A stretch of DNA of 64,000 bases from an uncultured Thermoplasmata archaeon (GTDB lineage Archaea > Thermoplasmatota > Thermoplasmata > RBG-16-68-12), in assembly GCA_963768855.1 (NCBI GenBank), contig CAVYJM010000018.1, forward strand, positions 96,001-160,000. Reading direction: 5' to 3'. The translations under genes and the position numbers were made by a program. Under the pieces are notes generated by a model, which did not search any database, had not been told where the DNA came from, and saw only the letters and a program-made list of their open reading frames with translations. Of this stretch, positions 9,792-20,038 are shown in pieces. How positions within the stretch are numbered: position 1 is the first letter of the stretch; every line of letters starts with the position of its first letter.

Positions 9792-11220
9792 GCCGAAGGC
9801 GTTCCCGTTCGTCGCCCAGGGCGCGACCGCGGCGTTCATTGCCTCTCTCCCTGTGGACCAGCGCCTCGCCGCAGCCGACATCGCGGGCAGCCTCGCCCAC
9901 GTGGCCATGCTCCAGAAGGCGGGGCTCCTGAACCGCCAGGAGGCGAAGAAGCTCGCCGCGGCCCTCCGGACCTGTTCTGCGGAGATCGAGGCGGGAGCAT
10001 TCCCTTGGCAGGAGTCCCTCGAGGACGTCCATACGAACATCGAGGCCCGCGTCCTCGAGCTGGCCGGTGCCGCAGGGGAGAAGGTCCACGCAGGGCGCTC
10101 CCGGAACGACCAGGTGGCCCTCGACGAACGTCTCTACCTGCGCCTCGCCATCCAGTGCCTTCTCTCTAGGATCGTCGCCCTGGAGGAATCGCTCCTCGGT
10201 CAGGCGAAGAAGGCACAGGAGATCGTCCTTCCCGCTTACACCCACCTCCAGAGGGCGCAGCCCGTCCTCCTGGCCCATGCCCTCCTCGCCCACTTCTGGC
10301 GCCTGGCCCGGGACGCGGACCGGCTCCACGATACATTCGCCCGGGTCAACGTGAGCCCCGCCGGCGCGGCGGCGGTTGCCGGGACCTCCCTGTCCCTCGA
10401 TCCTCTCCTGCCGGCCGCCCTCCTGGGGTTCGACCACGCGTTCTCCAACTCCATCGACGCGACGTGCGACCGGGACGCCCTCGTGGAGGTGACGTTTGAC
10501 CTAGCGTTGCTTGCGGTGCACCTGAGCGAGCTCGGCGAAGACCTCGTCCTGTGGTCGAGCCACGAGTTCGGGATCGCCACCCTCGGAACGGACCACCTTT
10601 CGGGGAGCAGCTTCCTGCCGAACAAGCGGAACCCTGACGTTCCCGAGCTCGTACGGGGTCAGGCCGGCGCGGTGATCGGAGACCTCGTCGGCCTCCTGAC
10701 GATGCTCAAGGGGTTGCCCCTGGGCTACAACCGGGATCTTCAGGCGGACAAGGCGCCCGTCTTCCATGCGATCGACACGGTCACGGCATCCTTAGGTATC
10801 CTGGCCCAGGTCGTCTCCCATGTCAGTTTCCCGCCGGAAGCTGGGGCCGCCATGATCGATCCCACCCAGAGCGCCGCACTCCTCGTGGAGTTCCTCGTCC
10901 AACGGCAGGTTCCGTACCGGGAGGCGTACGATCTCGTGAAGGGGCACATCCTCGACCTTGCATCCACCGGCGACGAGGCTACCCAACTCTCCCAACTGCG
11001 CATGACCTCCCACCTATTCGACGAAAGCGCGCTACCCCTCCTCAGCCCGCAAGGAGCCGTCGCGGCTGTTGTCTCCCATGGAGGGACGGGGCCCGAGCCC
11101 GTCGCGGCTCAAATCCACGAGGCGGAGGGAACGCTGGGCCAGCAGGCCTACTATCTCAATGTCATCGCGAAGAAGAACAGCCGGATCGCGGCCGTGCTGT
11201 CGGGCGAGGTAGGTCCATGA
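9775..11220 (+). CDS. argH: Argininosuccinate lyase
   Basis: EDVHTNIE, HAGRSRNDQV, YTHLQRAQP, GSSFLPNKRNP (variant of the SSxMPxKxNP signature), LPLGYNRDLQ. Confidence 0.93.
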   Translation: MSTVPEPKAFPFVAQGATAAFIASLPVDQRLAAADIAGSLAHVAMLQKAGLLNRQEAKKLAAALRTCSAEIEAGAFPWQESLEDVHTNIEARVLELAGAAGEKVHAGRSRNDQVALDERLYLRLAIQCLLSRIVALEESLLGQAKKAQEIVLPAYTHLQRAQPVLLAHALLAHFWRLARDADRLHDTFARVNVSPAGAAAVAGTSLSLDPLLPAALLGFDHAFSNSIDATCDRDALVEVTFDLALLAVHLSELGEDLVLWSSHEFGIATLGTDHLSGSSFLPNKRNPDVPELVRGQAGAVIGDLVGLLTMLKGLPLGYNRDLQADKAPVFHAIDTVTASLGILAQVVSHVSFPPEAGAAMIDPTQSAALLVEFLVQRQVPYREAYDLVKGHILDLASTGDEATQLSQLRMTSHLFDESALPLLSPQGAVAAVVSHGGTGPEPVAAQIHEAEGTLGQQAYYLNVIAKKNSRIAAVLSGEVGP

Positions 11221-11319
11221 ACGCCCGACCGCATCCGTCACCACCGCCGAACCCTCGAGCGGCCGCGCTCTAGGGCTCCGGGTTCATCGCGGTGTTCTCG
11301 AGGTTCTGGAAGTGGTTCC

Positions 11320-11480
11320 ATGAATGCATGCCTGACGTGCGGAGCGGACGTTTCCGTGAAGGGAGCGGAGCAAGGAGAAATCTTCACCTGCGGGGAATGC
11401 GGGACGGATCTTGAGGTCCTGTCCCTGGAGCCGATCGTGCTCGGCCTCGCTCCGGAGACGAAGGAAGACTGGGGGAGTAG
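11320..11480 (+). CDS. lysW: LysW/ArgW amino-group carrier protein (1-nt deletion in terminal G-run)
   Basis: CLTCG...CGECG Zn ribbon; ends GAC TGG GGG AGT AG, and one extra G gives the canonical EDWGE-stop. Confidence 0.9.
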
Positions 11481-13109
<1,629 letters not shown>

Positions 13110-13435
13110 TCGAGCCAACTCACGACGGCCTTCTTCACCGTCTCCACGTAGGACCCGGCGCGCCCCGCGTCGAGGAGGCGTTACACTTCGTCGTCGAGCA
13201 AGTCGTCCCTCTGCTTGGCCTTCAAGCGGACGTACTCGCTCGGGGTCACGCCGACGGATTCACAAAACGGCCCAAGGTCCGGAGGTAGTTGTCCGCCGTA
13301 TGCCGAGCCGTGCGGGCCAAGGCGTTGTACCACCTGCGCACGTCCGGCGCTTCGAGCAGATGGCGATTGGCGGATGCGCGGCACGGAAGGAGCCTCCGCG
13401 GCGCGGGATATAAGATATTCGAACCCAGTTGGGAG

Positions 13436-13448
13436 CGCCCCGGTCGGG
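13436..13448. repeat. 13-bp match to tRNA-Asp 3' end (CGCCCCGGTCGGG), inside a 7-bp hairpin 13435-13454
   Basis: Equals 16521-16533; sits about 75 bp upstream of the integrase remnant. Confidence 0.45.
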
Positions 13449-13609
13449 GGGCGCTTTACCCTGTCGCGATGGTCGGATTGACCCCCTGGTAGGATCCTAG
13501 CTTCGGTTGCGTTCCCACTATGCCGGGCCTTCGCGGCCCGGCCCGTTCCCACCGTGCAACGTGCTGGAACTCCGGGACCGTGCGCGCGGCGTATTCGCCA
13601 GACGCAGCC

Positions 13610-13693
13610 TTACTTCTGCTCTTGTGCGACCTTCAGCGTTTCTCGGCAGAACGCGGGCAGGTCCATCGGGTAGCGTGAGGTCACGAGGTTGCC
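13610..13693 (-). pseudogene. C-terminal tail of a DJ-1/PfpI-family protein
   Basis: GNLVTSRYPMDLPAFCRETLKVAQEQK-stop; in-frame stop a few codons upstream. Confidence 0.6.
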
Positions 13694-13831
13694 GGACCCC
13701 AGTCGACATCCTCATCAACCGTCGAAACCTCCTGCAAGCCCTTCGACAGGTTGTGGTCCCCTTCGCCACATCGTCTTATAGGTTGAGGGCCGATACTGCT
13801 CGGACCGGCGGTTCTGGACTAGGGCCCTCAC

Positions 13832-14395
13832 ATGATTCCTGTACACACTCCTGGCCTCGCGCTTTTTTTCGAGCGCGCGTCCGGCCTGGGGGTTGAGTAC
13901 ACAATCGGGCCCAGGGAGCCGGTTCGGGCGGAACTCATCCGCGACTTGATGCCCTTCAGGCACGTCGCAGCGGTGGGCTTGCCTCTTGACCTTGCCCAGG
14001 ACCTTCGGCTCTCCCTCGAGGGCAAGCTGCTGGAGGTTCCAGGGGTAACTTTGGAATCCCTGGAGACCGCGGAGGCATGCGTTACCGTGAGCGAGCAGCT
14101 CGTGGCGGAATCGGGCTCCGTCGTCCTTGTCTCGAAGAACTTGGAGGAATGGAGAGCAACGGCGCTCCCCGATCGCCTCCACATATTCTGCGCAACGCCA
14201 AGGGTTTTCCCTCGCGTGACCGAGTTCCTGAAAGCGTCCTCGGCGGGATTCCAGCCGAAGACTACTGTCACCCTCGTCTCTGGTCCGAGTCGCACCGCGG
14301 ATGTCGAGATGATCCTTGTGAAAGGGGTTCACGGTCCGAGTTACGTCAAAGTGTACGTGTCCACGGAGGAGGGGCGTGGGCGGAACACCGCTTGA
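13832..14395 (+). CDS. lutC: LutC/LldG (LUD domain) lactate utilisation protein
   Basis: VAESGSVVL, LVSGPSRTADVEMILVKGVHGP. Confidence 0.85.
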   Translation: MIPVHTPGLALFFERASGLGVEYTIGPREPVRAELIRDLMPFRHVAAVGLPLDLAQDLRLSLEGKLLEVPGVTLESLETAEACVTVSEQLVAESGSVVLVSKNLEEWRATALPDRLHIFCATPRVFPRVTEFLKASSAGFQPKTTVTLVSGPSRTADVEMILVKGVHGPSYVKVYVSTEEGRGRNTA

Positions 14396-16478
14396 ACGGC
14401 GCGTGGAGTGGGGCCTTCGCGATCGCGGCCGGGTCTCCGCCATCCGTTCCGGGCTCCGGAACCTGAGACGGCAGCGGCACGAGGCCCTCACGGAACTCGG
14501 AGACGTGGCCGAACTGCGCGAAGCGGCGTCGAAGGTGAAGGACCGCAGTATCCGGGAACTGCCGCGCCTCTTGCGCGATTTCACCGCCGCGTCGGAGCGC
14601 CAGGGGGCGGCGGTCCATTTCGCCGCCGACGGCGAGGAGGCCCGGGAAATCATTTCCGGACTCCTGATCGCTCGCGGCATCAGGAAGGTCGTCAAGTCCA
14701 AATCGATGACCTCCGAGGAGATTGCCCTAAACCATGAACTCGAGGGGCAGGGCATCGAGGTCATCGACACGGACCTGGGGGAGCGCGCGGTTCAGTTGTC
14801 CGGGGAGAAGCCCTCACACATTGTCGCTCCTGCCGTCCATTTGACTCGGCATGACTTCGCCCGGCTCTTCCGAGAAAAGGAGGAAGTCGATGTGCCCCCA
14901 GACCCCGGACAGATCACCCGCGCGGCCCGGCAGATCCTCAGGACCCGGTTCCTGGCTGCCGAGGCCGCCATCTCGGGGGCCAACATCCTCGTGGCGGAGT
15001 CTGGGTCCGTCGTCCTTGTCACGAACGAGGGAAACGGACGGCTCGGCCCCTCAATGTCCCGGTTGCACATCGTTGTGGCAGGCGTCGAAAAGCTCGTGGA
15101 GACATGGCAAGAGGCAGGGCCCCTCCTCGAGCTCCTTGCGCGTTCGGCGACGGGACAACGTCTCACTGTCTACACGACCTTCATCCACGGGCCGCAGGTC
15201 CTCAACGATGGTTCCCCTCAGGAGCTCCACATCGTCTTGCTGGACAGCGGTCGCATGAGGGCGCGCGGGACCGGCCTCGAGGTGGCGCTGAAATGCATCC
15301 GCTGCGGCGCCTGCCTCAACACCTGCCCGACGTTCAGCGTCCTCGGCGGCCACGTGTTCGGGGGTCCCACCTATCCGGGCCCCATGGGCATCCTCTGGAC
15401 CGCAATGACCGAAGGTCCCGATTCCGCGAACGAGTTCTCGGATCTGTGCATCTCCTGTGGCCTCTGCTCGAGCGTATGTCCCACCGAGATCCCCTTGGCG
15501 GAGACGATCATGGAGATCAAGGCGCAGGGGGCGAACCGAAGGGGCGGTAGGCTTTCGGAGAAGGTTCTCGCCTCTGTGGGTACAATCGACCGATGGGCCT
15601 CCCTCGTGCCGGCTCTCTGGAACCGGGTGGTCACGGCACCGGTTGGCGCAGGCGTATTGAGGGCAGTAGGACTCGAGTCGAGAAGGAGCCCGCTCCTCGT
15701 CGAGCGGCCGTTGCGGCTGAAGGGGACAATCGGCCGTCCCGAGGACACCCTCGTCTACTTTTCCGATATCTACGCCCGGTTCAACCGCCCCGAGGTCGGT
15801 CGGCTCACGGAACGAATCCTCGCTGCCCTCGGCTGGAACCTATTCCATCCCAGAGGGCAGACCGAGGCCGGCATGCCGTACCTCTCCTACGGCATGGTCC
15901 AGGCCGCGCGGCGCTCCGCCCAGCAGAACCTGCGTGTCCTGGCTCCTTATGCAGAACGCGGATATCGGATTGTGGTCACGGAGCCCACGGCCCTGTACCT
16001 GTTGCGGAAGGTGTATCCGAGGTTGGTGCCGGGTCCTCGGGCGGCGACCGTCGCGGGACGAAGCCTGGGCATCGATGAGGTCATTCTCCAGGAAATTCTA
16101 CGAGGTGGACTCCAGCTCGCGAAGACGCGGCCTGCGTCCTCCCTTTTCTACCACGTCCCCTGTCATGCTCGGTCCATGGGTGCCCAGGCGTACCCAGGAC
16201 TGCTGGAGCGCGCGGGCTACAAAGTAACCGGGAGCGACGTAACATGCTGCGGGATTGGTGGATCCTTTGGGTACAAACACGGGCCTCTCGGTTACGACCT
16301 TTCGATGGTCATTGGAGAGGAGCTGTTCGACCAGGCACGGAGATTCACTCAAGGGATTATCGCCACCGAAAGCTCGGTCTGTGCCATCCAGCTTAAGGAT
16401 GGATTGGGTCTCCGAAAGGTGTTCCATCCCCTTGAGCTGTTCGAGGCCAAGCCGCCGAATCAAGCTCGGCCGGATTGA
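14376..16478 (+). CDS. lutB: LutB/LldF Fe-S protein fused to C-terminal cysteine-rich (LutA-like) domains
   Basis: VKSKSMTSEEI, TDLGE, PSHIVAPAVH, VTNEGNGR, RSATGQ, CIRCGACLNTCP, CISCGLCSSVCP, YHVPCH...CCGIGGSFG. Confidence 0.9.
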   Translation: MGGTPLERRVEWGLRDRGRVSAIRSGLRNLRRQRHEALTELGDVAELREAASKVKDRSIRELPRLLRDFTAASERQGAAVHFAADGEEAREIISGLLIARGIRKVVKSKSMTSEEIALNHELEGQGIEVIDTDLGERAVQLSGEKPSHIVAPAVHLTRHDFARLFREKEEVDVPPDPGQITRAARQILRTRFLAAEAAISGANILVAESGSVVLVTNEGNGRLGPSMSRLHIVVAGVEKLVETWQEAGPLLELLARSATGQRLTVYTTFIHGPQVLNDGSPQELHIVLLDSGRMRARGTGLEVALKCIRCGACLNTCPTFSVLGGHVFGGPTYPGPMGILWTAMTEGPDSANEFSDLCISCGLCSSVCPTEIPLAETIMEIKAQGANRRGGRLSEKVLASVGTIDRWASLVPALWNRVVTAPVGAGVLRAVGLESRRSPLLVERPLRLKGTIGRPEDTLVYFSDIYARFNRPEVGRLTERILAALGWNLFHPRGQTEAGMPYLSYGMVQAARRSAQQNLRVLAPYAERGYRIVVTEPTALYLLRKVYPRLVPGPRAATVAGRSLGIDEVILQEILRGGLQLAKTRPASSLFYHVPCHARSMGAQAYPGLLERAGYKVTGSDVTCCGIGGSFGYKHGPLGYDLSMVIGEELFDQARRFTQGIIATESSVCAIQLKDGLGLRKVFHPLELFEAKPPNQARPD

Positions 16479-16520
16479 AAGATGCGGTTCGCCTTCAAGC
16501 GGGTTTGCAGCGGGAGAGGA

Positions 16521-16593
16521 CGCCCCGGTCGGGATTCGAACCCGAGCACCCGGCTCGACAGGCCGGGATCATAGACCGCTAGACCACCGGGGC
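16521..16593 (-). tRNA. tRNA-Asp(GTC), 73 nt, no intron, CCA not encoded
   Basis: GCCCCGG/CCGGGGC acceptor stem, CCGGC-CTGTCGA-GCCGG anticodon arm, GGTTCGAATCC T-loop. Confidence 0.96.
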
Positions 16594-16620
16594 AGTGGGC
16601 GATGGCAACTGAAGGGGGCT

Positions 16621-16631
16621 AATTAGGCTTT
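16621..16631. repeat. Left att core AATTAGGCTTT, overlapping the tRNA-Asp BRE/TATA promoter
   Basis: Exact 11-bp AT-rich copy at 24021-24031, 7,400 bp away; on the minus strand AAAGCCTAATT ends 27 nt before tRNA position 1. Confidence 0.85.
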
Positions 16632-16666
16632 GGGACCGATATCGTGCTTTCCCGTGGTGCCAAATT

Positions 16667-17740
16667 TCAGTCCAGGGCAAGCGACTTCACCGCCTCGCGG
16701 TACGTCTCCATGGGCTGGAGGCAGTACGCGTCCCATGCGTCGCGGACCGCCCAGGCGCCCTGTCGTTGCAGGAAGAGCTCGGGTACGCCTTGGAGGAGTC
16801 CGTGGGTGTTCGCGGACCGCCGGAGGGTGTGCGAGGACACACGGACCTTCAGCCCGGCCCGCGCGGCGTACTCCTTGAACCTCCGGTTGTAGAGGTTCAG
16901 GTACACCTTCTTCGATGTCAGCGGGTCCCGGAAGACCGGGTCCTCGGGCTGCGGGTCCTTGAGCCGTTTCCACTCCTTGAGCCGCCGGGCCAGGCCCGCG
17001 TCCAAGAGTTTCTCCGCGTTCCAGCCGTGCTTTGACGGCCGCGGGTACGTCACCTTGGGCGGGGGTCCGAGTTCGACCTGGCCCCACGTCACGGTCCACA
17101 GGTCCTCGTGGCGGCCGATGGTCGTCCATTGGAACCGCGCGGCGAGGGACCAGGCGAAGTCCGATTCGGCCTCGGCGACGGCGAGCACGCGCTGGAGGTC
17201 CTCCTTGGAGATAGGCGCCCGGTTCTCCTTCGCCCGGTTGACCTCCTCTAGGGAGTACCGCTCCAGCTTTCGCCCCAGGTCGCGCACGCCGAGCCGGTCG
17301 AGTTCGAGTCGGTCGACCGCGTGCCGGAAGAAGCTCTGAATCGCGGAGACCCACACGTTGACCGTGTTCGGCTTCAAGGGTCGCCTTGAGTTCCAGGCAC
17401 GCCGGTAGGCCTCGAGGTCTTCCCAGGTGACCTCCCGGAGGTCGGACTTCCCGAGGGACGCCTCGACCCACTCGAACGTCGCCCGCGCCTTCTGCGTGTA
17501 CTCCCGGCGCGTGCCGGGAGCCTTCCGCTCGAGGTACGCGTCCCACTTGTCGAAGACCGGGCGCCAGGCCACGCGGACCGTGTGCTCGTCGGGTCCGTTG
17601 TCGGTGTCGCTTGCCGCGGGCTGCATCTCCCACGGATTTCGGTCGTCGTTCCTCAGAATGGGCTGAGGCAGCTCGTCGAGCGTCACGACCATGGAGACGG
17701 TCGCGCCGCTGGCGCTCTGCCACACTTGGGTTTCGCCCAT
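16667..17740 (-). CDS. Tyrosine recombinase/integrase
   Basis: Catalytic set R (TTIGRHEDL), K (RPSKH), HxxR (SSHTLRRS), W (QGAW), Y (WDAYC); N-terminal core-binding domain. Start at 17740 or 17692. Confidence 0.92.
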   Translation of the reverse strand: MGETQVWQSASGATVSMVVTLDELPQPILRNDDRNPWEMQPAASDTDNGPDEHTVRVAWRPVFDKWDAYLERKAPGTRREYTQKARATFEWVEASLGKSDLREVTWEDLEAYRRAWNSRRPLKPNTVNVWVSAIQSFFRHAVDRLELDRLGVRDLGRKLERYSLEEVNRAKENRAPISKEDLQRVLAVAEAESDFAWSLAARFQWTTIGRHEDLWTVTWGQVELGPPPKVTYPRPSKHGWNAEKLLDAGLARRLKEWKRLKDPQPEDPVFRDPLTSKKVYLNLYNRRFKEYAARAGLKVRVSSHTLRRSANTHGLLQGVPELFLQRQGAWAVRDAWDAYCLQPMETYREAVKSLALD

Positions 17741-17885
17741 CTCTGCGCACGACGACGGCATGGGCCTCGGAGGCTTAGAACCTTCGGGAGGAGACCCGCC
17801 GGTCCGACGAGCGACAAAACTGTTGTGCGCAGAGATGTCGTGACGAGGGCCGACGGGTCGGTCATCGGGAGAGGCGGGCCGCGCC

Positions 17886-18134
17886 TTAGGACTTTCCATG
17901 GAGCCTCCCGAGGGCTTCGTGTACATGCGCGTCCGTGAGCCGGCGGACGGGCTCGAGGCGCTGCATGGCGCGGAGTTCGTTCTGGGACTGGAGGGAGCGG
18001 GCGGATTCCTCGGCGAACATCGCGGCGAGCTCCTCGAGGGCCGCGCTGAAGGCGACGACGGCGGACTCGGCGACCTGGCCGTCGGCGAGGCGGAGCCGGA
18101 GGAGGCGGCGCACGTCCGCGGGGCGGACAATCAT
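17886..18134 (-). CDS. Histone-fold protein (82 aa) with extended alpha2
   Basis: By-eye alignment to HMf-type histones: ADVRRLL (a1), QVAESAVVAFSAALEELAAMFAEES (a2), RRLTDAHVHEAL (L2/a3); ATGA overlap with the RHH gene. Confidence 0.65.
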   Translation of the reverse strand: MIVRPADVRRLLRLRLADGQVAESAVVAFSAALEELAAMFAEESARSLQSQNELRAMQRLEPVRRLTDAHVHEALGRLHGKS

Positions 18135-18346
18135 CGCCAGCGCTCCCCATGGCGGATGGTCGCGAGCTCCTTCTCCTTGTAGGCCAGGAAGCTCAGGAGA
18201 GCGGCTCGGACAAAATTCGCCCGGTCCCGGAAGTGGAACTCTGGGGCATCGACGAGGGCGTCCATCCGCTCGATTTCGAAGCGGGTGACGCTGACCGTGA
18301 CGATGTGCTCAGCTTCGACCTCGGCGCTCGCGTTCGTCTCGTCCAT
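18131..18346 (-). CDS. Ribbon-helix-helix (CopG-like) regulator
   Basis: IVTVSV strand, RFEIERMDALV helix, RDRANFVRAALLSFL helix; AGGAGG SD before ATG 18346. Confidence 0.8.
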   Translation of the reverse strand: MDETNASAEVEAEHIVTVSVTRFEIERMDALVDAPEFHFRDRANFVRAALLSFLAYKEKELATIRHGERWR

Positions 18347-18657
18347 GCTTGTCCTCCTGTTCTGGTCTGAAGGCCTTCGTCTGGACCACAAGCTCGATGA
18401 GGAACTGGGGCTCGCGTCTCGGCGGGCGGTCCTCGGGGCTCACGGTCGGTCTCTCCTTCGCCGCATGGCGGCCGTCGTAGGGGGTGCTCGCCAGAAGCGG
18501 TTCCAGCGCATCCTGGGCCTCTCGGGCTCCTGGCAGGCCCTCGGGCCCGTCTGGGGCGGAAGCGTTCCCACGGCCCTTCTCGTCGTTTTTCTACCGAAGT
18601 AGAAGGTGGGTGCGGGCCGGGCTGGACCCGACACGACCCGCACCGTTGATTCGGAAC

Positions 18658-18878
18658 TCACGCCCGCCCTCCGGCGCGGCAGGGAGCACAGACGACCTCG
18701 ACCGCCTCGACCTCGGTCACGGGACCGCCGCGGTTCTTGGCCCCGAACCCGCTGCCGAGGAGGAGCGTCGTGATGAACGGCTTCCGGCATCGCTGGCACG
18801 CCGCGAGGGCGGAGAGCTCGAAGACCAGGCCGCTGGTCCGCGCCCCGAACGCCTCCCGGACGAGCTTGAGGTCGCCAT
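18658..18878 (-). CDS. Small Zn-finger protein, apparent 1-nt frameshift after codon 3
   Basis: ATG directly after the upstream TAG; restoring one C gives MATLKLVREAF...CQRC...CAPC. Confidence 0.55.
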
Positions 18879-19061
18879 CTAAATCGCCGCCGTCACGACC
18901 AAGTTCAGTCGCTCGGAGACCCGCGCGTGTCGCTCGACGACCACGTTCTTGACGTTCATGTCCGTGATGCCGTTCGCCACGAGGAACGCGTCGATGGCCG
19001 CCTTCTGCTGGGCGTCGGTCTTCGTCGCATCGACAGTCAAGACGAAGGCGTGCAAGACCAT
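18879..19061 (-). CDS. Hypothetical 60-aa protein
   Basis: GGGAGG SD, strongly GC3-biased codons. Confidence 0.65.
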   Translation of the reverse strand: MVLHAFVLTVDATKTDAQQKAAIDAFLVANGITDMNVKNVVVERHARVSERLNLVVTAAI

Positions 19062-19151
19062 GCTCAGGCCTCCCGCCGCCCGCGGACCCGAGTGACTCCC
19101 GGAGGAGGCGGAGCTCCGCGCGGTACGGGGCGACCGCCTCCTCGACGGCGA

Positions 19152-19505
19152 GTCGCGTCAGCCGCGACGGGCCTGGGCTGGCCTGCGAAGACATTCTACG
19201 CGCACCTCGACTACTTGGTGCGCCGCGGCGATGCGGCCCGCTCCGTGACCCGCACGGAGCGCGGCGGCGTGCGAGGCGTTTACCTGGAGGCGACCGAGGA
19301 CGGCGATTGCGCGAGCGCCCGCGCCCGCGCGACCGCCTGGCGGGAAATCCAGGATGTCACGGGGCGGGCGCGATGGCAAGGGAGGGGCCTGACGCCGCGG
19401 GAGTACTTCGACTGCCTGGAGGCGCTGGCCCGCGCCGGGGGCTTCCCCCGAAGCCCGGGCCGGGGACAGCGACGCGCGGAGTCGGGCGTCACGTGGGGCG
19501 AGTGA
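19152..19505 (+). CDS. Winged-helix protein, apparently lacking its N-terminus
   Basis: AKTFYAHLDYLVRRG helix followed by ARSVTRTERGGVRGVYLEATEDG wing; no convincing start codon. Confidence 0.5.
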   Translation, partial: VASAATGLGWPAKTFYAHLDYLVRRGDAARSVTRTERGGVRGVYLEATEDGDCASARARATAWREIQDVTGRARWQGRGLTPREYFDCLEALARAGGFPRSPGRGQRRAESGVTWGE

Positions 19506-19508
19506 CGG

Positions 19509-19765
19509 ATGCCCGGAGGTCCGGTCGCCATCGCGGGCGGTATCCTCCTCGTCGCGGAGCGGTCTTCCTGGTCCTCGCCATCCTCCAGGCGCAAGCGGGC
19601 TGCCTCGTCAACGCGACGTGGATGCTGGGCGCGGCCGCACTCGGACTCGGGCTCGGCGGCAAGGCAACCGTCAACCTCCCCGGAGGCCTCGTCGTCGCGG
19701 GCCCCATAGGCGTCGCCCTCATCGTCGCCTCGCTCGTCATCGGCCGCATGTACGGCGGCTGCTAG
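19509..19765 (+). CDS. Small (about 85 aa) 3-TM membrane protein, apparent 1-nt frameshift near 19558
   Basis: MPGGPVAIAGGILLVA joins GAVFLVLAILQ...VIGRMYGGC-stop in the neighbouring frame. Confidence 0.55.
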
Positions 19766-20038
19766 CGGCCCTCCCGTTTCGCCTCGAGGGCCTCGCCGCG
19801 ACCCCAGGGCCGCTCCCAGGGCGTCCCGGTCGCGGGACGGGCCCGAGGCCGTCCTCGAGGCCGGGCGCGTAGGGCGGGTCTCCTGCGCGTTTCTCCACCT
19901 GACATCCCCCTCCATGGACGGACAGCGGTCCCTCCATGCGGGACGACGCGCTCATTCGCCGGGCGTCGGGCAGCCTGGCGTATGCTTCGGAAGGCCCTCG
20001 AAAGGACTATATCTCCGGGAACGGGGTGGGGAGCCTCC

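Noticed and set aside
13500-13610. SRP RNA or RNase P RNA
   Set aside because: No SRP helix-8 or RNase P P4 consensus found, and the gap is too short.
16667-18130. 487-aa integrase ORF in frame with the RHH gene behind a single TGA (possible readthrough fusion)
   Set aside because: The extension starts at TTG, overlaps the histone gene in another frame and is S/P/A low-complexity; absence of stops is expected in GC-rich DNA.
19766-19980. Separate small terminase subunit or portal gene downstream of terL
   Set aside because: All three minus-strand frames give short R/P/G-rich peptides with no recognisable features.
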